A stretch of DNA of 64,000 nt from an uncultured Candidatus Rokubacteria bacterium (GCA_963758635.1 CAVWWD010000005.1:320001-384000), one strand, 5' to 3'; counted from the stretch's first letter, positions 44,216 to 56,101 are shown. Numbers and translations: made by a program. The notes: a model not told the origin generated them from the sequence alone.

Positions 44216-45256
44216 CTACTTGATCGTCCAGGTCTCTCCGGAGCGGAGCAGCGCCGCGATGTCGCCCGGGCCGCGGCTCGCGATGGCCTTCTGCTCCTGG
44301 TCGAGCACGATCTGCTCGTAGATGGGCGCGTCCGCCTCGTTGGCGAGCACGCCGAGCGGGATCGGGTACTCCGGCGCCCACAGCTGGGCCAGGATGAGGG
44401 AGGTCGCGCGATCGGTCTCGTCGTGCACCCAGAGCGCGCTCTCGGGCACGTCGGCCACCCGCACCACCTTGGGCTTCACCGCCTCCAGCACGAGCCCGCG
44501 GCGATCGTCGGCCGGCCCGAACGTGAGGGGCTTGCCGTGCTCGAGGCGCAGCTCGTGGTGCACCTTCTGCTCCCGGTCGTAGAGGAGGTTCCACGCGAGG
44601 TCGTTGTACACGTTGCAGTTCTGGAGGATCTCGACGAAGGCCGCGCCCTTGTGGTGCGACGCCCGCCGCACGACCTCCTCCATGTGCGGGATGTTCCGAT
44701 CCACCGTGCGCGCCACGAACGAGGCGCCCGCGGCGAGCGCAAAGGCGCAGGGGCTCACCGGCCGGTCGGCCGAGCCGGCCGGGGTGGACTTCGTCACCTT
44801 GCCGAGCTCGCTGGTCGGCGAGTACTGGCCCTTGGTGAGCCCGTAGATCCGGTTGTTGAACATCAGGATCGTCACGTCCACGTTGCGCCGGAGCACGTGC
44901 AGGAGGTGGTTCCCGCCGATGCTGAGTCCGTCGCCGTCGCCCGTGACCACGAACACCTTGAGGTCCGGGCGCGCGAGCTTGAACCCGGTCGCCACCGCGG
45001 GCGCCCGGCCGTGGATGGTGTGGAAGCCGTACGTGTTCATGTAGTACGGGAACCGGCTCGAGCAGCCGATGCCCGAGATGAACACGATGTCCTCCCGCGG
45101 GATGCCGAGGTCCGGCATCACCTTCTGGATGGCGCTCAGGATGGCGTAGTCGCCGCATCCCGGGCACCAGCGCACGTCCTGGTCGGACTCGAAGTCCTTC
45201 TTGGTGTACCGGGGACCGCCGGGCTTGGTGCTCGCCGCGTTCTCGATGGTGCTCAC
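44216..45256 (-). CDS. korB: 2-oxoacid:ferredoxin oxidoreductase beta subunit
   Basis: WCPGCGD, SGIGCSSR, GDGDG.SIGGNH, NNRIYGLTKGQ. Confidence 0.9.
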   Translation of the reverse strand: MSTIENAASTKPGGPRYTKKDFESDQDVRWCPGCGDYAILSAIQKVMPDLGIPREDIVFISGIGCSSRFPYYMNTYGFHTIHGRAPAVATGFKLARPDLKVFVVTGDGDGLSIGGNHLLHVLRRNVDVTILMFNNRIYGLTKGQYSPTSELGKVTKSTPAGSADRPVSPCAFALAAGASFVARTVDRNIPHMEEVVRRASHHKGAAFVEILQNCNVYNDLAWNLLYDREQKVHHELRLEHGKPLTFGPADDRRGLVLEAVKPKVVRVADVPESALWVHDETDRATSLILAQLWAPEYPIPLGVLANEADAPIYEQIVLDQEQKAIASRGPGDIAALLRSGETWTIK

Positions 45257-47126
45257 CGCGTGGCCTCCAGCAGCTGGTTGATGGCGTCGACGAGCTCGTG
45301 GGTCATGAGCGGCACCCCCCGCACACGGTTGTAGCCCACGGCGTCGACGAGGTACTCGGACCGCAGCACGCGGACGAGCTGCCCGCTGTTGATCTCCGGC
45401 ACGAGCACCTTGCGGTACTGGCGCAGGATCTGGCCGAGGTCGGGCGGCAGCGGGTTCAGGTGGCGCAGGTGGATCGAGGCCACCGCGCGCGCCCTCCATC
45501 TGCACTTCCTCGACCGCGGCCGTGATGGTGCCGTAGGTCCCGCCCCAGCCGACCACGAGCACGTCGCCGGTGTGGGGGCCGTTGATGCTCGTGGGCGGGA
45601 TCTCCTGGGCGACGCGCCGGACCTTCTCCGCCCGGGTCCGCACCATGTGCTCGTGGTTCTCCGGGTCGTACGAGATGTTGCCCGTCACGTCCTGCTTCTC
45701 GAGGCCGCCGATCCGGTGCTCGAGCCCGGGCGTGCCGGGACGCACCCACGGCCGCGAGAGCGTCGCGGGGTCGCGAAGGTACGGGAAGAAACCCTCGGGA
45801 TCCGTGCGGAAGGCCACGGGGATCTCCGGCAGGGTCTTCGGGTCCGGGATGAGCCAGGGCTCCGAGCCGTTGGCGAGGTAGCCGTCGGAGAGCACCATCA
45901 CCGGCACCATGTACTTGATGGCGATGCGCACCGCCTCGTACGCGATGAAGAAGCAGTCGCCGGGCGTCGCCGGCGCGAGGACGACGATCGGGCGACTCGC
46001 TGTTGCGGCCGTAGAGCGCCTGCATGAGGTCCGCCTGCTCGGTCTTCGTGGGCAGCCCCGTGCTCGGCCCCCCGCGCTGGATGTCGAAGATCACGAGCGG
46101 CAGCTCCGCGGTGACCGCGAGGCCGATGGCCTCGCCCTTGAGCGCGATGCCCGGACCGCTCGACGCCGTCACGCCGATGGCGCCGCCGAACGAGGCGCCG
46201 ATGGCCGCGGTGGCGGCGGCGATCTCGTCCTCGGCCTGGAAGGTCCGCACCTTGAACCGCTTGTGCATGGCCAGCTCTTCCAGGATGCTCGACGCCGGCG
46301 TGATCGGGTACGCCCCGAAGACCATCGGGATCTGCGTGCGCTCCGCGGCGGCGAGGAGCCCCCACGCCAGCGCGCGGTTGCCGGTCATGCTGCGGTACGT
46401 CCCCGGCGCCATCTCCGCGGCGTCGACCCCGTAGTGCTCGCCGAAGATCTCCGCCGTCTCGCCGAAGGCGTGTCCGGCCTTGAGGACGCGGATGTTCGCC
46501 TCCACGAACGTGGGGTTCTTCGCGAACCGCTTCTTGATGGCGTCGAGGGTGGGATCGAGGGGGCGCGTGTAGATCCAGGACACCAGGCCCAGCGCGAAGA
46601 AGTTCTTGCAGCGGTCCTTCTCCTTCGCGTTGAGCGGCAGGTCCTCGAGCGACTTCTTCGTGAGCCCGGTGATGTCGACGGGATGCAGGCGGTACTTCTC
46701 GGCCAGCCCCGGCTCCTCGAGCGGGTTCGACTTGTAGCCCGCCTTGGTGAGGTTCCGGTCCTCGAAGGCGGCGGTGTTCACGATGAGCAGGCCGCCCGGC
46801 TTCAGGTCCGGCAGGTGCACCTTGAAGGCGGCGGGATTCATGGCCACGAGCGCGTCCAGCTGGTCGCCCGGCGTGTACACCCGCTGGCTCCCGAACTGGA
46901 GCTGGAAGCTCGACACGCCGAACAGCGTGCCCGCGGGCGCTCGGATCTCGGCGGGGAAGTTCGGCAGCGTCGAGATGTCGTTGCCGGCCCACGCCGCCTC
47001 CGTCGTGAACTGCTCTCCGGTCACCTGCATGCCATCGCCTGAGTCGCCCGCGAACCTGATGACCGCTCGCGTGAGGGTCCGGCGTGGCTTGGCGGCGGTG
47101 GGCACGGGCGCCATCGTGTCGCTCAT
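45253..47126 (-). CDS. korA: 2-oxoacid:acceptor oxidoreductase alpha subunit (frameshifts near 45990 and 45485)
   Basis: AGDSGDGMQ, YPITPAS, QAEDEIAA, QRGGPSTGLPTKTEQ. Confidence 0.9.
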
Positions 47127-47309
47127 GGCCTCTGTCCTTTCGATTCGTGACCCGGATCGAGACGCAGTATCCCCGGAGCTACACGGGACCAGCCGGGGGG
47201 ATCCCTCCTGAACGTCCGAGCCCAAGGGTCATGCTACTCAAAGCCCGACGGTTGCGCAAGGTTCTCCGTGGTCTGACCATCCGGCCACCGACCGTCGCCC
47301 TCGGCGGGG

Positions 47310-47365
47310 GCGGTTGTTTCCACTGCACTTCCATATCCGCTCGCCTCGCCTACGGCTCGGCTCGC
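47310..47365 (+). repeat. Family-2 repeat copy overlapping the MFS stop codon
   Basis: GCGGTTGTTTCCACTGCACTTCCATATCCGCTCGCCTCGCCTACGGCTCGGCTCGC. Confidence 0.85.
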
Positions 47366-48594
47366 CCTTCAACGTCGGACGGCCGCGCGCCGCCGCTCAG
47401 CATGCGCCAGGCCACGGGCAGCATGAGCACGAGCGCGGCGAGCCCGTTGACCGCGACGGCGAGCGGCGCGCCGATCCGGCTGGTCAGGATCCCGATCCAG
47501 ACCGTCCCGAAGGGGCCGGTGCCGATGCACGCGGACAGGATGCCCATGGCGCGGCCGCGCATGTGCGGCGGCGCGCCCAGGAGGACCATGGCGCTCTGCA
47601 TGGTGGCGAAGCCCGACTCGGCCAGGCCCATCGCGAAGAGCAGCACGACCGAGAGCCCGTACCACGGCGAGGCGGTGAAGCCGAGCAGCAGGACGGCGGC
47701 GAGCATCGAGCCGCCCGCGAAGACCTGGCCGTGGCGGCCGAAGCCACGCTGCGCGGCCACGGCGAGCGCGGCGAGGAGCGCGCCGAGGCCGTCGGCCGCG
47801 ACCATCAGGCCGAGCAATTCGGGGCCGACATGGAAGACATCGCGCGCGAACACCGGGAGCATCTGCTGATACGGGAACACCAGCACGTTCATGATCACGG
47901 TGATGATGAGGACGACGCGGACCGGCCGCCGCTTCCACACCGCCTCGATGCCGGCCCGCCATCCGTCCGCGGCGCGGGCCGGGGCCGGCGCCACGCCCGA
48001 TCCGATGCCCCCGGGAAGGCCCCGCGTGAGGGCGATCGCGGTCACGTAGAGCACGGCGAGCGCCACGTAGCAGCCGATCGCGCCCACGCGTCCGAGGAGC
48101 AGGCCGGCCACCGCGGGACCGACGAGCTTGCCGATCTGCATCGAGAACGTCTCGAGCGAGATCGCGCCGGTCACGCCGCCCGAGCCCACGACCGCGAACA
48201 GCGCGGTGCGGCGCACCGGGAAGTCGATGGCCCACGCCAGCCCGAGCACGATCTCCATGGCCACGAGGCCGGAGTACGCGCCGCCGTGGAGGCCGAACAG
48301 GGCGGCCAGCCCGAGCGCGGCGGCCAGGGCCAGCGCCTGCGCGGTCAGGAGCAGCCGCCGCCGCGGCAGGCGATCGGCCAGGCTGCCCCCGAACGGGCCG
48401 AACGCGAGCAGCGGCACCGAGCGGCAGAAGGCGGCGATGCCCACCATGAGGGGCGAGCCGGTGAGCGTGAGCGCGAGCCAGCCCATGGCGAGCAGGTCCA
48501 CCCAGCGCGCGGTGTTCAGGCAGAGGCCGATGAGCCAGAGGCGGCGGTAGTCGGGGGCGGCGAGGGGCGCGAGGGCAGCGAATCGTGGCGGCAC
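47350..48594 (-). CDS. MFS transporter (MFS_3/DHA3-like)
   Basis: About 12 TMs; GSLADRLPRRRLL motif A; RGRAMG. Confidence 0.88.
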   Translation of the reverse strand: MPPRFAALAPLAAPDYRRLWLIGLCLNTARWVDLLAMGWLALTLTGSPLMVGIAAFCRSVPLLAFGPFGGSLADRLPRRRLLLTAQALALAAALGLAALFGLHGGAYSGLVAMEIVLGLAWAIDFPVRRTALFAVVGSGGVTGAISLETFSMQIGKLVGPAVAGLLLGRVGAIGCYVALAVLYVTAIALTRGLPGGIGSGVAPAPARAADGWRAGIEAVWKRRPVRVVLIITVIMNVLVFPYQQMLPVFARDVFHVGPELLGLMVAADGLGALLAALAVAAQRGFGRHGQVFAGGSMLAAVLLLGFTASPWYGLSVVLLFAMGLAESGFATMQSAMVLLGAPPHMRGRAMGILSACIGTGPFGTVWIGILTSRIGAPLAVAVNGLAALVLMLPVAWRMLSGGARPSDVEGRAEP

Positions 48595-48636
48595 GGCCAG
48601 CGAGGGCGAGGCCCGGAGCGGCGCCGGCCTAGCCTT

Positions 48637-48720
48637 GCGAGCCGAGCCGAAGGCGAGGCGAGCGCACGTGGAAATGCAGTGGAAACAACCGCCCTCCGTG
48701 AAGGCGAGGCGAGCGCATAC
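48637..48720 (-). repeat. Family-2 repeat copy (inverted) plus an extra partial palindrome
   Basis: Reverse complement GCGGTTGTTTCCACTGCATTTCCACGTGCGCTCGCCTCGCCTTCGGCTCGGCTCGC at 48637-48692. Confidence 0.85.
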
Positions 48721-48748
48721 GGAGGCGGCGCGGCGCGGGCGCCGAGGG

Positions 48749-49675
48749 TCATCCGCGCGCGGACCGCGGGGCCGTGGTGTCCGGCGCGGCGGCGTCGTCG
48801 GCCTTCTTGAGGAGGTCGATGAAGCGGGCCACCGCGGGGGTGAAGCGCCGCCCCCGCCGGTGGATGATGCCGATGGGCCGGACGAGCCCAGGCAGCGCGA
48901 GCGGCGCGCCGACGAGGGCGCGCACGCCGATCTCCTTCACCACGGTGGGACGCGGCAGGATGCTGATCCCCGCCGCGATGCCGATCGCCTGCTTGATCGT
49001 CTCGACGTTGTCGAACTCCATCACCACCTCGACCCTGACGTCGGCGTGGCGGAGCGCGCGGTCGATGGCGCGGCGGATGGCCAGCGCGCGGTCGAAGGCC
49101 ACGAACTTCTCGCCGGCGAGGTCCGCGGGCTGCACCATGCGCCGGCGCGCGAGGCGATGGCGGGGATGGGCTACGAGGATCATCGGCTCCGAGCGGAGCG
49201 GGATGACGCCGAGGGCCCGGGTCGCCGTAGGATACGAGAGGATGCCGAGGTCGGCCTCGTCGTTCATGACCGCGTCCACCACCTTGTGGGGGTGCAGGCA
49301 CTCGAGCAGCACGCGCGCGTGCGGATAGATGGACATGAACGGCTGCATGTGGCGGCTCATGTCGTGGAGGCCCACCGAGTAGATGGCGGCGACGCGCACC
49401 GTGCCTTCCACCCGCTGGCGCGCGGCGACGAGGTCGGCGCGCGTCTTCTCGAAGCCCTGGATGAGGGTGCGGCACGCCTCGTAGAAGCCGCGCCCCTCGC
49501 CGGTGGCGGACAACGGCCGGCGCGACCGGTCGAGGAGCATCACGCCGACCTCGGCCTCGAGCTGCTGGATGGCCTGACTCGCCGCCGACTGCGTCACCCC
49601 GTGGGCGGCGGCGCCGCGCGAGACGCTCCGGAGCCGCACCACGTCGCAGTAGAGCTTGAGGGTCTCGATCTGCAC
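48749..49675 (-). CDS. LysR family regulator divergent from gltBD
   Basis: HTH 'SVSRGAAAHGVTQSAASQAIQQLE'; substrate domain 'EFDNVETIKQAI'. Confidence 0.9.
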   Translation of the reverse strand: MQIETLKLYCDVVRLRSVSRGAAAHGVTQSAASQAIQQLEAEVGVMLLDRSRRPLSATGEGRGFYEACRTLIQGFEKTRADLVAARQRVEGTVRVAAIYSVGLHDMSRHMQPFMSIYPHARVLLECLHPHKVVDAVMNDEADLGILSYPTATRALGVIPLRSEPMILVAHPRHRLARRRMVQPADLAGEKFVAFDRALAIRRAIDRALRHADVRVEVVMEFDNVETIKQAIGIAAGISILPRPTVVKEIGVRALVGAPLALPGLVRPIGIIHRRGRRFTPAVARFIDLLKKADDAAAPDTTAPRSARG

Positions 49676-49693
49676 GGCGCCGAGACTATCACT

Positions 49694-49708
49694 ATTAGAG
49701 ATCCTGAT
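49694..49708. promoter_or_regulatory. Putative LysR T-N11-A binding site in AT-rich divergent promoter
   Basis: ATTAG-AGATC-CTGAT imperfect dyad with T-N11-A spacing, ~20 bp from the lysR start. Confidence 0.5.
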
Positions 49709-49774
49709 GCAGTGTTTTTTCTCTTTGCGCTTGGCTAATGCTTTTCCGTGGTGTAGTCTCGCGGAACCTGAAGC

Positions 49775-49946
49775 GAGAGGTGGACACGGTAACGCGTGAG
49801 GCCGCGGAAGCGCGCGGTGGGGCCGCGAGGTCGGATCGCGACCGCTGGTGGAAGGTGAGAGAGGTGGACACGGTAACGCGTGAGGCCGCGGAGCGCGCGG
49901 TGCGCGAGGTCGGATCGCGACCGCGTGGCGTGGAACGTGAGAGAGG
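49775..49946 (+). repeat. ~83-bp tandem duplication in the gltB leader
   Basis: GAGAGGTGGACACGGTAACGCGTGAGGCCGCGG...GAGGTCGGATCGCGACCGC at 49775 and 49859; a third GAGAGG at 49941 is the gltB RBS. Confidence 0.88.
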
Positions 49947-49953
49947 AGAAACA

Positions 49954-52900
49954 TTGACGACACCAGGGCTGCCGCCGGCGCAGGGCCTGTACGATCCACG
50001 GCACGAGCACGACGCGTGCGGCGTGGGCTTCGTCGTGGACATGAAGGGGCGGAAGTCGCACGCCATCGTGAGCCAGGCCCTCACCGTGCTGAAGAACCTG
50101 CTCCACCGCGGGGCCTGCGGCTGCGAGGTCAACACCGGCGACGGCGCCGGCATCCTCATCCAGATGCCGCACGCCTTCCTCGAGCGCGAGACGCGGCGCC
50201 TGGGCTTCGCCCTTCCCGCGCCCGGGCACTACGGGGCCGGGCTGGTCTTCCTTCCCCGCGATCCGAAGCAGGCGCAGGCGTGCGAGGAGATCCTCGCCCG
50301 CATGGTGGCCGAGGAGGGGCAGTCGATCCTGGGCTGGCGGGACGTGCCCACCGACGACGACCCGGTGGGCCCCACGGCGCGGTCCGTCGAGCCGCGGATG
50401 CGCCAGGTGTTCGTCGGGCGCGCCCCCGGCGTGCCCGACCGGGCGACGTTCGAGCGCATCCTCTACGTGATCCGCAAGCGCACGGAGCACGCGGTGGCGC
50501 GCGCGCGGCTCGACGACCGCAAGTACTTCTACGTGCCGAGCCTGTCGTCGAACACGCTCATCTACAAGGGCATGCTCTCGGCCGACCAGATCGAGACCAT
50601 GTTCCCCGACGTGACCGACCCCCTGGTGGAGTCGGCGCTGGCCCTCGTCCACCAGCGGTTCTCCACCAACACGTTCCCGTCGTGGCCGCTCGCGCACCCG
50701 TACCGCTACATCGCCCACAACGGCGAGATCAACACGCTCCGCGGGAACATCAACTGGATGCACGCGCGCGAGTCCCTGTGTCGCTCCGGCCTGCTCGGCC
50801 CCGCCCTCGAGAAGATCTTCCCCATCGTCATCGAGGGGGGCAGCGACTCCGCGACGTTCGACAACGTGCTCGAGTTCCTCGTGATGGCCGGGCGTCCCCT
50901 GCCCCTGGCCGTGCTCATGATGATCCCCGAGCCGTGGGCGGGCCACGAGTCGATGTCCGAGGAGCGGAAGGCCTTCTACGAGTACCACGGCTGCCTGATG
51001 GAGCCGTGGGACGGGCCGGCCTCCATCGCGTTCACCGACGGCACCGTGATCGGCGCCGTCCTCGACCGGAACGGGCTTCGGCCTTCCCGCTACTACGTGA
51101 CCAAGGACGGCCTCGTGATCATGGCCTCCGAGGTCGGCGTGCTCGACATCCCGCCGGAGCGCGTGCTCATCAAGGAGCGCCTGCACCCCGGGCGGATCTT
51201 CCTCGTGGACACCGCGCAGGGGCGCATCATCCACGACGAGGAGCTCAAGCGCGCGTTCGCCGTGCAGCATCCCTACGGGGAGTGGCTCAAGGCCTACAGC
51301 CGGCCCGTGGAGTCCCTGCCCGACCCCCCGAGCGTGCCGGAGCCGGACCACGACACCGTGCTCCACCGCCAGCTCGCCTTCGGCTACACCCACGAGGACC
51401 TGCGCATCCTGCTCGCCCCCATGGCCACGGGCGGCGAGGAGCCGATCGGCTCGATGGGCACCGACACGTCGCTCGCCGTGCTGTCGAACCGCGACCGGCT
51501 GCTCTACGACTACTTCAAGCAGCTCTTCGCCCAGGTCACCAACCCCCCGCTCGACGGCATCCGCGAGGAGCTGGTCACCCAGATCTCGACCACGATCGGG
51601 CCGGAGGGCAACCTGCTCGAGCCCACGCCGGAGGCGTGCCGGCAGATCAAGCTCAAGACGCCGGTGCTCGACAACGAGCTGACCGCGCGCATCCGGCACG
51701 TCGACCTCCCCGGCTTCCGCACCACCGACCGTGCCCATGCTGTTCCCGGTGCGCGAGGGCGCGGCCGGCGTCGCGCGGGCCCTCGAGGACCTCTGCCGCC
51801 GCGCCGCCCAGGCCGTGCGCGACGGCTCCACGTACCTGATCCTGTCCGACCGCGGCGTCAACGTGGAGATGGCGCCGATCCCCGCGCTCCTCGCCACGTC
51901 GGGCGTCCACCACCACCTGATCCGCGAGGGGCTGCGCGTGAAGGTGGGGCTCATCATCGAGACCGGCGAGGCGCGCGAGGTGCATCACATGGCGCTCCTC
52001 CTGGGCTACGGCGCGGGCGCGCTCAACCCGTACCTCGCCTTCGAGACGCTCGACGACATGATCGGGCAGGGCCTCCTCCCCGGCCTCGACCACCAGACCG
52101 CGATGAAGAACTACCTCAAGGCCCTCAACAAGGGGATCCTGAAGGTCATCTCGAAGATGGGCATCTCCACGATCCAGTCGTACCGGGGGGCCCAGATCTT
52201 CGAGGCCATCGGCCTCTCCCGCGAGTTCGTGGACCGCTATTTCACGTGGACCGCCTCGCGCATCGGTGGCGTGGGCATCGACGTGATCGCCGAGGAGGTC
52301 CTGGCCCGCCACCGCCGCGCGTTCCCGGAGCGGCCGGTGGGGGAGCCCGAGCTGGCGTGGGGGGGCGAGTACCAGTGGCGGCGGGAGGGCGAGTACCACC
52401 TCTTCAACCCGGACACGGTCTTCAAGCTCCAGCACGCCACGCGGAGCGGCCAGTACACGATCTTCAAGGACTACACGCGCGCGGTGGACGAGCAGAGCGA
52501 GCACCTCTGCACCCTGCGCGGGCAGTTCACGTTCAAGTGGGCGGACGAGCCGGTGCCCCTCGACGAGGTGGAGCCGGTCGAGACGATCCTGCGCCGCTTC
52601 GCCACCGGGGCCATGTCCTACGGCTCGATCGGCCAGGAGGCCCACGAGACGCTCGCCATCGCCATGAACCGGCTCGGCGGCAAGTCGAACACCGGCGAGG
52701 GCGGCGAGGACTCCGCGCGCTACGTCCGCGACGACAACGGCGACTGGCGCCGGAGCGCGATCAAGCAGGTGGCCTCCGGCCGCTTCGGCGTGACCAGCGA
52801 GTACCTGGTGAACGCCGAGGACCTCCAGATCAAGATGGCCCAGGGGGCCAAGCCCGGCGAGGGCGGCCAGCTCCCCGGCCACAAGGTGTACCCGTGGATC

Positions 52901-54523
52901 GCGAAGGTGCGGGCCGGCACGCCGGGCGTGGGGCTGATCTCGCCCCCGCCGCACCACGACATCTACTCGATCGAGGACCTCGCGCAGCTCATCCACGACC
53001 TCAAGAACGCGAACCCGCGCGCCCGCATCAGCGTGAAGCTCGTGGCCGAGGTCGGGGTCGGCACGGTGGCCGCCGGCGTGGCGAAGGCCCACTCCGACGT
53101 GGTGCTGATCTCCGGCCACGACGGCGGCACCGGCGCCTCGCCGCTCACCTCGATCAAGCACGGCGGCGTGCCGTGGGAGCTGGGCCTCGCCGAGACCCAG
53201 CAGGTGCTGGTGCTCAACAAGCTGCGCGACCGCATCACCGTCCAGACCGACGGCCAGATGAAGACGGGGCGCGACGTGGTCATCGCCGCGCTGCTCGGCG
53301 CCGAGGAGTACGGCTTCTCGACGGCGCCGCTGGTGGTGATGGGCTGCATCATGATGCGGGTGTGCCACCTCAACACGTGCCCGGTGGGCATCGCCACCCA
53401 GGACCCGAAGCTCCGCGCGCGTTTCGCCGGCAAGCCCGAGTTCGTCGAGCGGTTCTTCCGCTTCATCGCCGAGGAGGTGCGCGAGCTCATGGCGCGGCTC
53501 GGCTTCCGCGCCATGGACGAGATGATCGGCCGCGCCGACCGGCTCGACGTGCGGCGCGCCGTGGACCACTGGAAGGCCAAGGGCCTCGACCTGTCCGCCA
53601 TCCTCTACCAGCCCGTGGTGGGCCCCGAGGTCGCCACGCGGCGGGTCGTCGAGCAGGACCACGGCCTGGACCGGTCGCTCGACATGACCACGCTGGTGCC
53701 GCTGTGCCGCCCCGCGCTCGAGGGCCGCGAGCCGGTGGACATCCGCCTGCCCATCCGCAACGTCAACCGGACGGTGGGCACGATCCTGGGCTACGAGGTC
53801 ACCTCGCGGTACGGGGCCGCCGGCCTGCCCGACGACACCATCCGCATCCACTTCACCGGCTCGGCGGGGCAGAGCTTCGGCGCCTTCGTGCCGCGCGGCA
53901 TCACGCTCACGCTCGAGGGCGACTCCAACGACTACCTCGGCAAGGGCCTCTCCGGGCGGGAAGATCGTGGTGCGCCCGCCGCAGCGAGGCGACGTTCGTG
54001 GCCGAGGACAACATCCTCGTCGGCAACGTGGTGCTCTACGGGGCGACGGGGGGCGAGGCCTACTTCCGCGGCGTGGCGGGCGAGCGCTTCGCCGTGCGCA
54101 ACAGCGGCGCCGCGACCGTGGTCGAGGGGGTGGGCGACCACGGCTGCGAGTACATGACGTTCGGGCCGCGTGGTGGTGATCGGCCGCACCGGACGCAACT
54201 TCGCCGCGGGGATGTCAGGCGGCGTGGCCTACGTGCTGGACGCGGACGGCGACTTCCGCGCCCGCTGCAACCAGGGCATGGTCTCGCTCGAGCCCCTGGT
54301 GGAAACGGACGACGTGGAGATCGTCAAGGACCTCCTGTCGCGGCACATCCGCTACACACAGAGCCCGGTGGCCGCGCAGCTCCTCGTGAACTGGGCGGAC
54401 AGCCAGCGGAAGTTCGTCAAGGTGATGCCGAACGACTACAAGCGCGTGCTCCTCGCCATCAAGAAGGCCCAGGAGACCGGGCAATCGGTGGAGGAGGCGG
54501 TCATGGCGAGCGCGCACGGATGA
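49954..54523 (+). CDS. gltB: Glutamate synthase large subunit (frameshifts near 51725, 53955-53985 and 54165)
   Basis: [58 protein letters not shown] start. Confidence 0.95.
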
Positions 54524-54577
54524 CCCGGGCGCGCGGGCCCAACGAGCGCTCTCCGGCCTCCCCCGCCGTTGACGCAA

Positions 54578-54646
54578 GGTGCGGGCGGGCGAAGCCCGGG
54601 TGCCCGCACCTGATGATCGGGCGGGCGAAGCCCGGGTGCCCGCACC
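54578..54646 (+). repeat. Family-3 REP-like hairpin, two tandem copies between gltB and gltD
   Basis: GGTGCGGGCGGGCGAAGCCCGGGTGCCCGCACC at 54578-54610; partial copy at 54618-54646. Confidence 0.8.
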
Positions 54647-54652
54647 CAACAC

Positions 54653-56101
54653 ATGGGTAAGGTCACCGGGTTCATCGAGTTCAAGCGGGACAAGCAGCCG
54701 TACCGGCCGGTGGCCGAGCGGCTCCGGGACTGGCAGCAGGTCATGCTGCCCTGGCCCGGGGACAGGCTCGCCAAGCAGGGCGCGCGCTGCATGGACTGCG
54801 GCATCCCCTTCTGTCACCAGGGCTGCCCGCTCGGCAACCTGATCCCCGACTGGAACGATCTCGTCTACCGCGACCGGTGGCGCGAGGCCATCGACCGGCT
54901 GCACGCCACCAACAACTTCCCGGAGTTCACGGGCACGCTCTGCCCCGCCCCGTGCGAGGGCTCGTGCGTGCTCGGCATCAACGACGACCCCGTCACGATC
55001 AAGGCGGTGGAGCTCGCGATCATCGACCGCGCGTTCGCCGAGGGCTGGATCCGGCCCGAGCCGCCGGCCGCCCGCACGGGCAAGAAGGTGGCGGTGGTCG
55101 GCTCCGGCCCGGCCGGCCTCGCCGCGGCCCAGCAGCTCGCGCGGGCCGGCCACGCGGTGACGGTGTTCGAGCGCGCGGATCGCATCGGCGGGCTCCTCCG
55201 CTACGGGATCCCGGAGTTCAAGATGGAGAAGCGCGTGCTGGACCGGCGCCTCGCCCAGATGGAGGCCGAGGGCGTGAGGTTCGTGGCCGGCGCCCACGTG
55301 GGCGTGACCACGCCCGTGGACGGGCTCCGCCGCGAGTTCGACGCGCTCCTGCTCGCCGGCGGGGCGTGCGCCCCGCGTGACCTGCCCATTGCCGGTCGCG
55401 AGCTGCACGGGATCCACTTCGCGATGGACTTCCTGACCCTGCAGAACCGCCGCTGCGAGGGCGACCACGTTCCCGACGCGTCCTCCATCAGCGCCGCCGG
55501 CAAGCACGTCGTGATCATCGGCGGCGGCGACACCGGCGCCGACTGCCTCGGCACCGTGCACCGCCAGGGCGCGCGCTCGGTGCACCAGTTCGAGATCCTC
55601 CCCCGCCCGCCCGACACGCGGGCCGCGGACAATCCGTGGCCCCAGTGGCCGAACGTCTACCGCACGTCGTCGGCCCACGAGGAGGGCGGCGAGCGCGTCT
55701 ACGCCGTGTCCACGCGGCGCTTCCTCGGCGACGACCGCGGGCGTGTACGGGCGCTGGAGCTCGCGCAGGTCGAGATGGTCCGGGACGGCGGCCGGGTCTC
55801 GTTCCCGGAGGTGCCGGGGTCCGCGCGCGAGCTGCCCTGCGACCTGGCGCTCCTCGCCATGGGCTTCGTCGGGCCCGAGCGGCCGGGGATGATCGCAGAG
55901 CTCGGCGTCCGCCTCACCGAGCGGGGCAACGTGTGGCGGGACGCGCGGTGGATGACCAGCGTGCCCGGCGTGTTCGCGGCGGGCGACATGCAGCGCGGAC
56001 AGTCGCTGATCGTCTGGGCCATCGCGGAGGGCCGGAGCGCGGCCCGCGGCGTCGACACCTTCCTGATGGGCCGGTCGGACCTGCCCGCGCCGCTGGCGTG
56101 A
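54653..56101 (+). CDS. gltD: Glutamate synthase small subunit
   Basis: [50 protein letters not shown]. Confidence 0.95.
   Translation: MGKVTGFIEFKRDKQPYRPVAERLRDWQQVMLPWPGDRLAKQGARCMDCGIPFCHQGCPLGNLIPDWNDLVYRDRWREAIDRLHATNNFPEFTGTLCPAPCEGSCVLGINDDPVTIKAVELAIIDRAFAEGWIRPEPPAARTGKKVAVVGSGPAGLAAAQQLARAGHAVTVFERADRIGGLLRYGIPEFKMEKRVLDRRLAQMEAEGVRFVAGAHVGVTTPVDGLRREFDALLLAGGACAPRDLPIAGRELHGIHFAMDFLTLQNRRCEGDHVPDASSISAAGKHVVIIGGGDTGADCLGTVHRQGARSVHQFEILPRPPDTRAADNPWPQWPNVYRTSSAHEEGGERVYAVSTRRFLGDDRGRVRALELAQVEMVRDGGRVSFPEVPGSARELPCDLALLAMGFVGPERPGMIAELGVRLTERGNVWRDARWMTSVPGVFAAGDMQRGQSLIVWAIAEGRSAARGVDTFLMGRSDLPAPLA

Noticed and set aside
49738..54660. 1640-aa ORF as a novel GltB fusion
   Set aside because: The frame leaves and re-enters gltB through indels; the middle part is out-of-frame translation
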